From Chloroflexota bacterium (GTDB lineage Bacteria > Chloroflexota > UBA11872 > VXNJ01), in contig OZ253449.1 of assembly GCA_965261345.1 (NCBI GenBank), positions 448,001 to 512,000 of the forward strand: DNA of 64,000 nt, read 5' to 3'. Numbering within the stretch: the first letter of the stretch is position 1; every line of letters begins with the position of its first letter. Position numbers and translations under genes: made by a program. This document shows positions 46,208-55,990 of the stretch, one piece after another. Below the pieces are notes generated by a model. The model was not told the origin of the DNA and did not search any database. It saw only the letters and a program-made list of their open reading frames with translations.

Positions 46208-46792
46208 CTAACGCCGGCTTGTCTGACGGTAAACATGGCAAATCCGCTGGAACGCGGTGAAATTGGTAACAACCGCCAGCACCCAGATTACCGGCAACAA
46301 TAAATACGTCGAAAAGACCAAGGCCACACCAAGGATGATTAGGCGTTCGGGTCGTTGCAAAATCCCGACCGTGCATTCGATCCCGAGCCCTTCGGCCCGC
46401 GCCCGGCAATACGAAACCATCAGCGAACCGCTCAATGCCAGCAGCGAGCCCATGACCCCCAGCCGGGTGCCGGTCTCGGCGAAGTACCAGGCAGATCCGG
46501 CGAAAAAGAAGATCTCGACGTAACGATCGAGGACCGAATCAAGAAATGCCCCGAACTTTGAGGCGCTCCCCTGCAACCGGGCCAGCGCGCCATCAAGTGA
46601 ATCGAGCGCCGACACCGGCAGCAGCAGCAATCCCGCAAACAGATGTTGGTCGAAAGCGATCAGCGCCGCCGGGGCCAGATTGAGGCCGCTGCCGATAAGC
46701 GTGACGGCATTGGGGGTCAACGGAGTTCGATCCACTATCCGGGCCAAACCGGTCATGATGGCCTTAAAGCGCGATTGGGCCTTCTGCCACAT
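46208..46792 (-). CDS. pgsA: CDP-alcohol phosphatidyltransferase (PIP-synthase-like)
   Basis: TPNAVT, DSLDGALAR...GAFLDSVLDR, MVSYCRARAEGLG, QRPER; TAATG overlap with pimA. Confidence 0.85.
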   Translation of the reverse strand: MWQKAQSRFKAIMTGLARIVDRTPLTPNAVTLIGSGLNLAPAALIAFDQHLFAGLLLLPVSALDSLDGALARLQGSASKFGAFLDSVLDRYVEIFFFAGSAWYFAETGTRLGVMGSLLALSGSLMVSYCRARAEGLGIECTVGILQRPERLIILGVALVFSTYLLLPVIWVLAVVTNFTAFQRICHVYRQTSRR

Positions 46793-48018
46793 TAAGCGCC
46801 GTAGGCCAATGGCGTGTGGATCTCGGATTCGCCAGCCCGTAGGCGCAATCGCGAACGGAGCAACTCCAAGTAATAGTCCATCACCCGAGTGGCCACCACT
46901 TCCCAGGAAAAGTCGCCAACCCGCTGGCGGCCGGCCTCGCGGAAACGTTCGGCGGTGTCGGGGTGTTGGAGGAGGCGCAAAATTCCGCGGGCCAGCGCGC
47001 GCTTGTCGTCGGGTGCGCAGTAAAGAACCGCCGACCCATCGGGCGAGACCGTGCGGTAGCCAGGGATGTCGGAAGCGATCACCGGAATGCCGGCGGCCAT
47101 TGCCTCCATCAGGATAATCCCCTGGCTCTCACGGGCCGACCCCTGAGCCGGTGCGATTAGCATGTCGGACGATTGCAAATAAGCCCGCTTTTGCACCTCG
47201 GAAACGCGGCCGGTAAACAGGCTGTCTTCGATCCCGATGCGCCGCAGGCGGCGCTGGGCTCGGTGCAATTGGTTCTGGTCGTAGGCCCCGACCACCACCA
47301 GGCGCGCATCGGGCCGGATGCGCCGAACGATTTCCATCGCGTCGATTAGCGCCGGCAGGCCCTTGCGCTTTTCCAGGCGCCCCAGAAACATGATAGAAGG
47401 CCGACCGTTGGCCAGTTCAGGGATCGGTTCGGCGCGTTCGCCGAACCACTCCTGGTCGATCCCATTGGGGATGATTCGGTATTCGCCCGGGAAGGCCCGC
47501 CAGACGAAGTCGCGGGCCGCGGACGAGACCGCGATCTTGCCGTCCAAGCGGCGGTGGAACCGCGCCAACAACGGTTTGTAGGCCCGATATACGGTCGATG
47601 TTCGGCGGGTGGCATGGAAAGTTCCCACGTTGACCGCCTTGGACAGGCGCAGGACCTGCAGCGGCAACACCGGCGCCATCGGCTCGTGAATGTGAACCAC
47701 GTCAAACCCGCCGCCCTCGGCCAGTTCGCGCTTGATCGCCCGTTGCATGGTTGGCGAAAAGGTGAGCCTGGCGATCGATCCGTTGGATCGGACTGGCACA
47801 ATCGCCTTGGACATGCGCACCAGACCTGGCGTTTCGGCGCTGGTGGCGGCCGAAGAGCTAGGCGCCAAGATCTTTACCACGTGGCCGCGACGGCTAAAAA
47901 TCGCTGCCAAGTTGCTTACGTGTGCGCTCACTCCGCCGGGAACCGCAAAGTCGTACGGGGACACTAGGCAGATTCGCAAGCACTCCGGATCGAAGGGGCG
48001 GCTGCGCACGCCTAGCAT
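46792..48018 (-). CDS. pimA: GT4 phosphatidylinositol mannosyltransferase PimA-like
   Basis: RICLVSPYDFAVPGGVSAHV, VRSNGSIARL, HIHEP, VGTFHA, RESQGIILMEAMAAG; ATG at 48018. Confidence 0.8.
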   Translation of the reverse strand: MLGVRSRPFDPECLRICLVSPYDFAVPGGVSAHVSNLAAIFSRRGHVVKILAPSSSAATSAETPGLVRMSKAIVPVRSNGSIARLTFSPTMQRAIKRELAEGGGFDVVHIHEPMAPVLPLQVLRLSKAVNVGTFHATRRTSTVYRAYKPLLARFHRRLDGKIAVSSAARDFVWRAFPGEYRIIPNGIDQEWFGERAEPIPELANGRPSIMFLGRLEKRKGLPALIDAMEIVRRIRPDARLVVVGAYDQNQLHRAQRRLRRIGIEDSLFTGRVSEVQKRAYLQSSDMLIAPAQGSARESQGIILMEAMAAGIPVIASDIPGYRTVSPDGSAVLYCAPDDKRALARGILRLLQHPDTAERFREAGRQRVGDFSWEVVATRVMDYYLELLRSRLRLRAGESEIHTPLAYGA

Positions 48019-48052
48019 CGGCGGCCAAATCTTCGATTGGTTTTCGCGAACA

Positions 48053-48931
48053 TCACCGGGCGGGCCAGAAATTGCGGAACTGGTACCACTGGTCGGGCGC
48101 TGGCGCGATGAGCATCTCCAGGCTGGTGCTGGTTTGCTGCAGCAGCCTGGCAATTTCGCGATCCGGGGGCGCCGATCGGTCGGGCCGAATCGGATCGGCA
48201 ACCCGCAGGATCGCCATTCCCGATTGGCCACGGTAGACGACTATCGGCAGGATGGTGGCGTCGGTCCGCAGCGCCAATTTCGCCACGCCGGCCGGAATCT
48301 TGGTCAGGCGCCCGAACCAATTAACCGGGCCACCACCATCGATCAGCGGGCGATCCACCAGGATCGCCAGGTGGCCGTTCCGGCGCAGGATCCTAAACAT
48401 CTCCCGGATATCGCGCCTCATGTCGAGTGATTTCATCCCCAGGTGTTCACGCAGGCGCCGAAAAACCTCGGTTAGGCCGGGGGCCGAAAAATTCTGCTGA
48501 ACCACGTAGACATCGGCCAGGGTCGCGGCCCAGGATGCCGCCGCATCCCAGGTACCGAAATGACAGGTGGCAAAAATTACCCGACCGTCGCGGAGCAGAT
48601 TGGTTGAGTGCTCACGCGTCCGGGGCGACCAGAAACTTACCTTCCGCCGCAACTCTTCCGGTGGGGCCAGGTAAGCGTCTCCCATCATCAGCGCCTGGAG
48701 CAGGTAATTTTCAACCGACCGCCGGGCGGCATTTTTGACCGCCGGATCGCCGGGTTGCAAATTGAGCATGATCGCCATGTTCGCGGTGGTTGCTTTGCGC
48801 AGCCGCGCCGACAGCTTGAAGACGATGTGAGCAGCCAGTTTGGCGCCCGGTCCCTTCACCGACCAGGGGATCCAACTGAAAAATCGACAGCCACCTTCAA
48901 AGAGAGTCAACCAGAACCACCATTGGCGCAT
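48053..48931 (-). CDS. PIM acyltransferase PatA-like (LpxL/HtrB family)
   Basis: HFGTWD (HxxxxD), LAILVDR, V.WFG, PDQWY; adjacent to pimA and pgsA. Confidence 0.8.
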   Translation of the reverse strand: MRQWWFWLTLFEGGCRFFSWIPWSVKGPGAKLAAHIVFKLSARLRKATTANMAIMLNLQPGDPAVKNAARRSVENYLLQALMMGDAYLAPPEELRRKVSFWSPRTREHSTNLLRDGRVIFATCHFGTWDAAASWAATLADVYVVQQNFSAPGLTEVFRRLREHLGMKSLDMRRDIREMFRILRRNGHLAILVDRPLIDGGGPVNWFGRLTKIPAGVAKLALRTDATILPIVVYRGQSGMAILRVADPIRPDRSAPPDREIARLLQQTSTSLEMLIAPAPDQWYQFRNFWPAR

Positions 48932-50472
48932 TAGTTGGCCACCTCCACCGCCCGGGTTTCGCGGATAACGGTTACCCGTACCTGACCCGGGTTGGTCATT
49001 TCCTCCTCAACCTGAGCGGCGATTGCGCGGGCGATCCGCAAGGCCCCTAATTCGTCGACATCGCCGGGATCGACAGCTATCCGCAATTCCCGGCCGGCCT
49101 GCAGGGCGAAGGAGTTGACCACGCCCTCGAATGAATTAGCGATCTGCTCTAACGTCTCAAGGCGATGCAGGAAAAGCTCGCTGGTCTCGCGCCGCGCGCC
49201 AGGACGCGAGGAGGAGATTGCATCGGCGGCCGCCACCACGAAGGCCTCGGCAGTCGACGGGTATACCTCGTAATGGTGGGCTTCGACGGTGTGAGCGACC
49301 GCATCGGGAACCCCGCAGCGGCGGCAGCGCTCTGCGCCGATGAGGGCGTGTTTGCCTTCAACCTCGTGCGACAACGCCTTGCCGATGTCGTGGAGCAGAC
49401 CGCCGGCGCGCGCCACTTTGCTGTCGCCGCCCATCTCGGCGGCCAGGACTCCGGCCAGATGGGCGACCTCCACCGAGTGGGAGAGCACGTTCTGGCCATA
49501 GCTGCTCCGGTAGTTCAGATTGCCCAACAGGGTCACCAGATCCTGGTGCAGCTTGGGCACCTTGGCCTCAAAGCAAGCCCGTTCGCCAGCCTCGCGGATG
49601 GATTTGCGGACCGCCACCCGGGCGCGGTTGAAGTGCTGATCGATGCTCACCGGATGCACCCGGCCGTCTTCGATCAGGCTCACCAGGGTGCGACGGGCGA
49701 TTTCGCGGCGGATCGGGTCGTGCGATGAGAGAGTGACCGCTTCCGGCGTGTCGTCGATAAGCAGATCGACTCCGGTGGCGGCCTCAAATGCGCGGATATT
49801 GCGACCCTCGCGGCCGATGATCTGGCCCTTCGACTCGTCGCCCGGTAACTTTACAGTCGAGGTGGTAGCACTTTGGGTAACCGCCGAAGCGACCCGTTGC
49901 AAGCTGTTGGCGACCAACCAGCGGGCGCGGCTTTCGGCTTCCTGGCGGGCCTGCACCACGCTGTTGCGGGCGATCTGATTAGCCAAATCGCGCGATTCGT
50001 CGGCGACCTGTTCAACCAGCAGCTTCTGCGCTTCGGCCTGGGTCATCTGCGCGATTTCCTCCAACCGCTGGGTCTGTTCAGCCTGGCGCTGTTCGACATT
50101 CTTAGTCTGCCGAGCCAGCTCCCCTTCGCGATCGCGGATCTCCTCCTCGAGCCGCTCGCCGGCTTCGGTGCGTCGATCTAGGCGCTGCTGCCGGCGCTGC
50201 AGTTCGCGATTGCGTTGGCGCAATTCACGCCTTTGGTCGGAGAGCTGTTGTTCGACACTATCCCGCAGCACGTTGGCCTGGTTGGTGGCCTCGGCAATGA
50301 GCTCGCGCTGCTTTTTTTCAACCTTGGCGAGCTCGGATTCAAGATTTAGCGAAAAAACATCAGCCTGGCGGCGCGCAATTAGCAGCTGCAGCAAATACCC
50401 GCCGGCCAACGCGATCAGGGCCACCGCGACCATAATGATCGCAATCGTGACCCAGTCGTCTAGCAAGGACAT
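48931..50472 (-). CDS. rny: Ribonuclease Y
   Basis: N-terminal TM, coiled coil, KH motif IIGREGRNIR, HD domain LLHDIGK, SRPGARRE, VTVIRETR. Confidence 0.96.
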   Translation of the reverse strand: MSLLDDWVTIAIIMVAVALIALAGGYLLQLLIARRQADVFSLNLESELAKVEKKQRELIAEATNQANVLRDSVEQQLSDQRRELRQRNRELQRRQQRLDRRTEAGERLEEEIRDREGELARQTKNVEQRQAEQTQRLEEIAQMTQAEAQKLLVEQVADESRDLANQIARNSVVQARQEAESRARWLVANSLQRVASAVTQSATTSTVKLPGDESKGQIIGREGRNIRAFEAATGVDLLIDDTPEAVTLSSHDPIRREIARRTLVSLIEDGRVHPVSIDQHFNRARVAVRKSIREAGERACFEAKVPKLHQDLVTLLGNLNYRSSYGQNVLSHSVEVAHLAGVLAAEMGGDSKVARAGGLLHDIGKALSHEVEGKHALIGAERCRRCGVPDAVAHTVEAHHYEVYPSTAEAFVVAAADAISSSRPGARRETSELFLHRLETLEQIANSFEGVVNSFALQAGRELRIAVDPGDVDELGALRIARAIAAQVEEEMTNPGQVRVTVIRETRAVEVAN

Positions 50473-50673
50473 GAGAGTTCCCCCCGTCTGGGTGGGGATG
50501 AAGGTCTGCCGCCCGCCTTGGTTGCGACGGGCGCGGTGATACCGCGCTGGCCGAGATTATTGGGGGTAGGAATTGCGGCGGGAGAGTCATCGGCGAGGCC
50601 CAAGAGCCTCTATTGTTATCTGAAATTGATTATCCATCACGGTTCGGACAGCGCCGCCCGATCGGTGACCCGC

Positions 50674-51774
50674 TCAAGCGGACAGCAGATCCGAATAGAA
50701 CCCGGCGGTCTCCTTGGCAACCCGGTAGTGGGTATAGCGAGCCAGGACCCGCTCGCGCCCGGCGCAACCAAGCTCTTGGCGCAATTTAGGATCCTGCAGG
50801 GCGGTCATGGCGTCGGCCAGCTCCCTGGCTCGGCCCTCGGGAACGATCAGGCCGGCTTGGCCGATTACTAGCGGGATAGCTCCCGAACGCGTCCCAATGA
50901 CCGGTATTCCGCAGGCCATCGCCTCGATCAATACCCGTCCGAATTGTTCCATCCAGTTCGCCCGGGTCAGCGAGGGTAAGACCAAAAGGTCGAGCGATCG
51001 CAGGAAGCTGGGCATCTGGCCCGAATCGAGCTGGCCAACCAGCTCGATTCGCCCTTTCAGCGGACCGCGCCGGGCGCTGGCCTCCAGGCGCGGCGCCAGC
51101 GGTCCGCTTCCGGCCAGACGCAAATGTGGTCGCGGTCGCAGCATGGCGGCCGCCGATTCCAGAACCGTCAGGCCCTTCTCCTCTACCAGCCGCCCGGCGA
51201 ATCCGATCGTTAACGCGCGCGCCGAACACGCACTCGCCGGGACGGGACAAAAGTGATCGGGGTCGACTCCGAATTGCGGAATTTCGGCCAGCGGTCCATC
51301 AAATCCCTTATGTTGCAGCACGGCGGCGGCCTGGGTCGTTCCCGCGATCGCCGCGCAACGCCGATAGCAATAGCGCTCAAGTTGGGCAAATGGCGGCGGG
51401 TAGGACCGGGCCAGATTCTGCCAGGCAAAAAATATGCTTTTAATGCCACGGCGGCGCGCCAGATGGGCGGAGTGGGCAGTAGCCAGGTTGTAGGGTTCCT
51501 CGTCGATGTGGAGCAGGTCGGGTTCAAACGCGTCCAACAGGCGGCCCAGCGTGGGGTAGTAGTGAAGATGAAAATGCCCGTTAAAGCGGCAGGGCAGAAA
51601 CCGCAGTGCGATTCCGGTCGGTCCGCCCGGCTCAAAACGTTGCGCGGTCCCGCCGTTGCCCCATCGCTCGGGGGTCGCAGCCAGCAAATCGATTCCGCCC
51701 TGGTCGGAAAGGGCCGAGAGTTTCTTGCGGTATTCAGACGCCAGCAGCGCTTTTGAGAGCATAAGAACCCTCAT
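50674..51774 (-). CDS. Glycosyltransferase family 4
   Basis: GFAGRLVEEKG, EQFGRVLIEAMACG; ATG overlaps the upstream stop. Confidence 0.9.
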   Translation of the reverse strand: MRVLMLSKALLASEYRKKLSALSDQGGIDLLAATPERWGNGGTAQRFEPGGPTGIALRFLPCRFNGHFHLHYYPTLGRLLDAFEPDLLHIDEEPYNLATAHSAHLARRRGIKSIFFAWQNLARSYPPPFAQLERYCYRRCAAIAGTTQAAAVLQHKGFDGPLAEIPQFGVDPDHFCPVPASACSARALTIGFAGRLVEEKGLTVLESAAAMLRPRPHLRLAGSGPLAPRLEASARRGPLKGRIELVGQLDSGQMPSFLRSLDLLVLPSLTRANWMEQFGRVLIEAMACGIPVIGTRSGAIPLVIGQAGLIVPEGRARELADAMTALQDPKLRQELGCAGRERVLARYTHYRVAKETAGFYSDLLSA

Positions 51775-52835
51775 GCCAGCTCCCGATAGACCGCCAAGGT
51801 CGCAGCGGCGGTTCGCTCCCAAGTAAGGTGGGCTGCGCGCTCCCTCCCGGCACCGATTAGCTCCTTGCGGGCCGCATCATCCCGATCCAACACCGCCATC
51901 GCCTCGGCCCATTGCGTCGGTCGATCCGGTGGGAGCAGCAACGCCGCACCGCCGGTAACTTCGGGGGTGCAGGTGGAATCGGCGGCGATGACCGGAACCG
52001 CATGGGCCATCGCCTCCAGCGGTTCGAGTCCAAATCCCTCGTAAATGGACGGAAATAGGAACATCCGGGCTCCGGCATAGAGGGCCAGCTTGCGGTCGTG
52101 CGAGACCGGGCCGGTGAAGGTGACCCGGGCTGCAATCCCCAATTCCTGAGCCCGCCGGCGGTAATCGGGCACCAGCGGCGTGCCCAGGTTTCGCACTGCG
52201 CCGGCAATTACCAGTTGCAAGCGCGATTGCGGCGGTACGGCCGCCAACGCCTCGAGCAATAAACCGATGTTCTTACGCATGTCGCCCGATCCAAGGTACA
52301 GGCAATAGGGTCGCCGCACCCCAATGTCTGCCAGGTGCAAGTCCAGCTCGGCACGCGAGATTTCGCGACCGGGTTCGACCCCCAGGTGTACCACTCGAAT
52401 CCGCTCGGACGGAAAATCCAGATAGTTCTCGACGTCATCGGCGGTGGCCTGGGAATCAACTATGACGCGGCGGGCCCGCCGCACCGCCCGCCCGGCCAGT
52501 GCCAGATAGGTTCGCCAGCGCGGATCGGCCGAATATTCGGGCAAAGCCATCCCAATTAGGTCGTGCACGGTAACCACGTCGACCCGCCCGAACAGCGGGC
52601 TGGAAAAGTAGGGTACGTGGCAGATGTCGGGATTGGCCACAAATGCCCGGTAGGGCCAGCCGGCCTGCTCCCACCAGAGTTTTACCAAGGGTCGATGGGA
52701 ACGCTCCGGTGGCAGGGCCAGCTCGAAGTGGCAATCTGGAGCAAGGCGCTTCATGCAGGAAAGCAAGTGCTTAAGGTACTGCCCTGAACCGGTCATTTGC
52801 TGGCCGGCGAACTGCCCGTTGATTAGCACATGCAT
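51771..52835 (-). CDS. Glycosyltransferase family 4 (MtfB-like)
   Basis: VTVHDL, RKNI, FPSIYEGFGLEPLEAMA. Confidence 0.9.
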   Translation of the reverse strand: MHVLINGQFAGQQMTGSGQYLKHLLSCMKRLAPDCHFELALPPERSHRPLVKLWWEQAGWPYRAFVANPDICHVPYFSSPLFGRVDVVTVHDLIGMALPEYSADPRWRTYLALAGRAVRRARRVIVDSQATADDVENYLDFPSERIRVVHLGVEPGREISRAELDLHLADIGVRRPYCLYLGSGDMRKNIGLLLEALAAVPPQSRLQLVIAGAVRNLGTPLVPDYRRRAQELGIAARVTFTGPVSHDRKLALYAGARMFLFPSIYEGFGLEPLEAMAHAVPVIAADSTCTPEVTGGAALLLPPDRPTQWAEAMAVLDRDDAARKELIGAGRERAAHLTWERTAAATLAVYRELA

Positions 52836-53007
52836 TCCCTTCCGCCCCAGCTGGTTGCCCAACCCCATCTCCGATCCGAACGTGTTACTAGTACCTTAGG
52901 CGGGCCGGATGCCACTGCCGTTCTGATCCGGGCGCCGGCCGGCTGGCCGGGCTTTGGTGATTTTTGTGTTCCGAAACGGCCGTCGCCGCCTCAATATTGG
53001 CAAGCGA

Positions 53008-53754
53008 TCAGGTCTTGTTTACGCCGATCCGGCGGCCAACTCCGTAAAGGGTGCTGTCATCGTATTTTTCGCGGTGCTTGATTTGCAACAAGACTGAAAT
53101 TGCAGCCGCCCCGATGAAGAACTCCCAGGAGCGGTCAACCGCCAGGAATACCAACGGAAATAGCTTGTAGGCGATCGAGGTGGCCAGGAATGTGCGCCTT
53201 CCGGCCAGCAGCGCTATTGCCCAGATCAGAACCGAAATGCCAGCAATGATCGGAAACGACCGGCCGGCGTAAAAATCCAGGAAAAATACGCCCCAGCCAA
53301 AGGTAGTCGTACCCCGGCTGCCCCCGCGAAAACGAATAAAGACCGGCCAGAGGGCCCCGGCGGTGGCGAAGAATATCGCGGTCATCAACGCCGCCTTGTC
53401 GCCGGGCAATACCACATCGGCGATCTGAACCGTAAGTAAGCCGATTGCGCAGTTGCTGGCCAGGGTTAATGCCGCGGGACGATACCCGCCATTAAAGAAG
53501 GAACTGTAGATCGAGGTGTTACCGGTGCCGAGGTGGCGAAGATCGGCGTGGGCAAATACACGGGTCCAGACATAGGCGAACGGAATGGAACCGAGCACGT
53601 AAGCGGCCACCGCCACCGCGGCGTACTGGGTAAGTGCCGCAACGACCCCAATCGACCAGTCCCAGCTAATCGTTCCCAGCAATTTCGCGGTCCGCCCGTC
53701 CTGGGTTCGAAACACTTCGTCTCGTATGCTGCCTGCCTGTTGCGCCAATCCCAC
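53008..53754 (-). CDS. PlsY-like glycerol-3-phosphate acyltransferase family membrane protein, divergent (start probably later, near 53650)
   Basis: AYVLGSIPF, DLRHLGTGN, WPVFIRFRGG; multiple TM helices. Confidence 0.7.
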   Translation of the reverse strand: MGLAQQAGSIRDEVFRTQDGRTAKLLGTISWDWSIGVVAALTQYAAVAVAAYVLGSIPFAYVWTRVFAHADLRHLGTGNTSIYSSFFNGGYRPAALTLASNCAIGLLTVQIADVVLPGDKAALMTAIFFATAGALWPVFIRFRGGSRGTTTFGWGVFFLDFYAGRSFPIIAGISVLIWAIALLAGRRTFLATSIAYKLFPLVFLAVDRSWEFFIGAAAISVLLQIKHREKYDDSTLYGVGRRIGVNKT

Positions 53755-53866
53755 ACAGGCGCGCCGATTCTACGTTTCGGGGTCCCCGGCGAAAGGCCGG
53801 CATGTGTCCGGCAGGATCGACCGAGCCGAAAATCGGCCGATCAAACACGGATTTGAGAAGCACCCT

Positions 53867-54826
53867 ATGCCACTTGACCCGAACCTCTTTCGCCCTGCGG
53901 CTATCGGCTCGGATATGACCAATTTCAACGCCGAATTGGCCGCCGCGATCACGGCGGAGCCGGACATTACTACGCTTTCACCGGACGATGTTCGCCGGCG
54001 CCAGCGCGAGGGAACCCGGCAGAACCCGGCCCCGGAAAAACTTGCCATTGCGCGCGAAATCACCTGCGCCGCGCCGGCCGGCCCGGTACCGCTGCGAATT
54101 TTTGTCCCTGAGCGATGCGACGGCGTCTACCTCCACATTCACGGGGGCGGTTGGGTGTTGGGCAGCTACGACCGCCAGGATGGCAAACTTTGGGCGATAG
54201 CTCAGGCGGCCAACGTGGCGGTAATTAGCGTCGAGTACAGGTTGGCGCCCGAACACCCATATCCGGCCGGGCCCGACGATTGTGAGGCCGCCGCCGAGTG
54301 GCTGGTCGCCAACTGCAAATCTGAATTCGGAAGTGATCGCCTGTTGGTGGGCGGCGAATCGGCGGGCGCCCACCTCTCGGCAACAACGATCTTGCGAATG
54401 CGCGATCGCCACGGATACCGCGGATGGCGGGGAGCCGATTTGGTATACGGGGCCTACGATTTCACCAACGCCTGCCCCTCCCGCACCCAAATCGGCACGG
54501 ACAGCCTGGTAATTAACGCCACCAACATGAAATGGTTCGAGAACCATTTCGTCGGGGCCCCGGGAATCGATAAGGCCGATCCCGACATTTCTCCGTTGCG
54601 GGCCAGCTTGCACGACCTGCCGCCAGCCCTGTTCAGCTGCGGGACATTGGATCCGTTGCTCGACGACACGCTCTTTATGCACGCTCGCTGGATTGGCGGC
54701 GGCAACGCGGCCGAAATCGCGATCTACCCTGGCGGAACCCACGCCTTCGACTCAATGGGCTCGCCGCTCGCCGATGCCTGTTTCCAGCGGCGCTGCGAAT
54801 TTATTCGGTTGTGCTTGCGGGCCTGA
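53867..54826 (+). CDS. Alpha/beta hydrolase, HSL-family esterase
   Basis: HGGGW, YRLAPEHPYPA, GESAG, DPLLDD, HAF. Confidence 0.92.
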   Translation: MPLDPNLFRPAAIGSDMTNFNAELAAAITAEPDITTLSPDDVRRRQREGTRQNPAPEKLAIAREITCAAPAGPVPLRIFVPERCDGVYLHIHGGGWVLGSYDRQDGKLWAIAQAANVAVISVEYRLAPEHPYPAGPDDCEAAAEWLVANCKSEFGSDRLLVGGESAGAHLSATTILRMRDRHGYRGWRGADLVYGAYDFTNACPSRTQIGTDSLVINATNMKWFENHFVGAPGIDKADPDISPLRASLHDLPPALFSCGTLDPLLDDTLFMHARWIGGGNAAEIAIYPGGTHAFDSMGSPLADACFQRRCEFIRLCLRA

Positions 54827-54841
54827 CCGAGCCGGCGCCCC

Positions 54842-55990
54842 CTACCGGCGGCGGCCGGGCTTGGCCTGGGCGCTGCGGTAGGCGCCCAGGGTAGCGGCGG
54901 CGGCAATATCCCAGTCAAAAACGGCAGCGCGCCGTAGGCCGCGGGCGATCAGGTCACTCCGTTGCTCCCCGCTGGCGGCCGCGCTGCCGATCGCCGAGGC
55001 AATTTGGTCCTCGTTGTAGGGATCGGCAAGCAGCGCCGCCCCACCGGCAATTTCGGGCATGCAGGAAACATTGGCGGTCACCACCGGCGTGGAATGGGTC
55101 ATTGCCTCGATGATCGGCAGCAGAAAACCCTCCGATTCCGAGACCGCCGCCAGAACCGTGGCCCGTTCGTACAGGGCCCTGAGCAACCCGTCGTCGATCG
55201 GCCCCAGACGGGTGAGAAACCCGGTCCCGGCGCGATCGATCTGTTCTAACTGGTCAGAACTGATCCAGCCCTGGGCACCGGCGTGAATTAGGCCCAGGTC
55301 ATGGCCGCGGGCGCGCAGCATCGCCACCGCGCGGGCGACCCGCAGCAAGTTTTTGCGCGGCTGCAAGGTCCCCACCGAGAGGACGAATCGGTCGGGCAAT
55401 CCGAGTTCGCGCACCCTTTGTTGGTCGCGCTCGGTCGGCTCCCGCGCCAGCTCACCATCTAGGCCGTTGTAAATGACGTCAATCCGCGCTGGATCGTAGG
55501 CAAGCAGCTCCACTAATTCATCGGCGGTGGTCTGCGAAACGCAGATTACCCGGTCGGCCTGGCGCAGGCCGGCCCGCACCGCGCGATCCAGGCGGGATCG
55601 CAATTTCTGATCGGCGGTGTGTGGATGAGTCAGGTAGGAGAGGTCGTGAATGGTAACCAGTCGACGCCGGGCGAACGAAAACGGCAGCACGAAGTCAGGC
55701 GAATGCAGGACGTCCAGGCGCCCGGTGAACAGCTCGATCGGGATCGGTGCGCGCAGCCGTTGCCAGAGCGCAAATCCCAATCGCGGCGAAATCGGGACCA
55801 GGATCGGAATCAGGCCGAACTCAGCCAGGGCCGCCTCAAAATGCCCGTTGACGCGTTGCCCCAGGTAAAAAATCACCCAATCGATGTCGCGGTCCTGGCA
55901 TCGCAGCATAGCCACCAACAGATTTTTGGCGGCCCGGCCAATCCCGGCCGACTGCCAGGCCGCCGCGGTTGCGTCAAATCCCACCCGCAT
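54842..55990 (-). CDS. Glycosyltransferase family 4 (MtfB-like)
   Basis: VTIHDL, VGTLQPRKN, EGFLLPIIEAM; TGATG overlap with the upstream gene. Confidence 0.9.
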   Translation of the reverse strand: MRVGFDATAAAWQSAGIGRAAKNLLVAMLRCQDRDIDWVIFYLGQRVNGHFEAALAEFGLIPILVPISPRLGFALWQRLRAPIPIELFTGRLDVLHSPDFVLPFSFARRRLVTIHDLSYLTHPHTADQKLRSRLDRAVRAGLRQADRVICVSQTTADELVELLAYDPARIDVIYNGLDGELAREPTERDQQRVRELGLPDRFVLSVGTLQPRKNLLRVARAVAMLRARGHDLGLIHAGAQGWISSDQLEQIDRAGTGFLTRLGPIDDGLLRALYERATVLAAVSESEGFLLPIIEAMTHSTPVVTANVSCMPEIAGGAALLADPYNEDQIASAIGSAAASGEQRSDLIARGLRRAAVFDWDIAAAATLGAYRSAQAKPGRRR

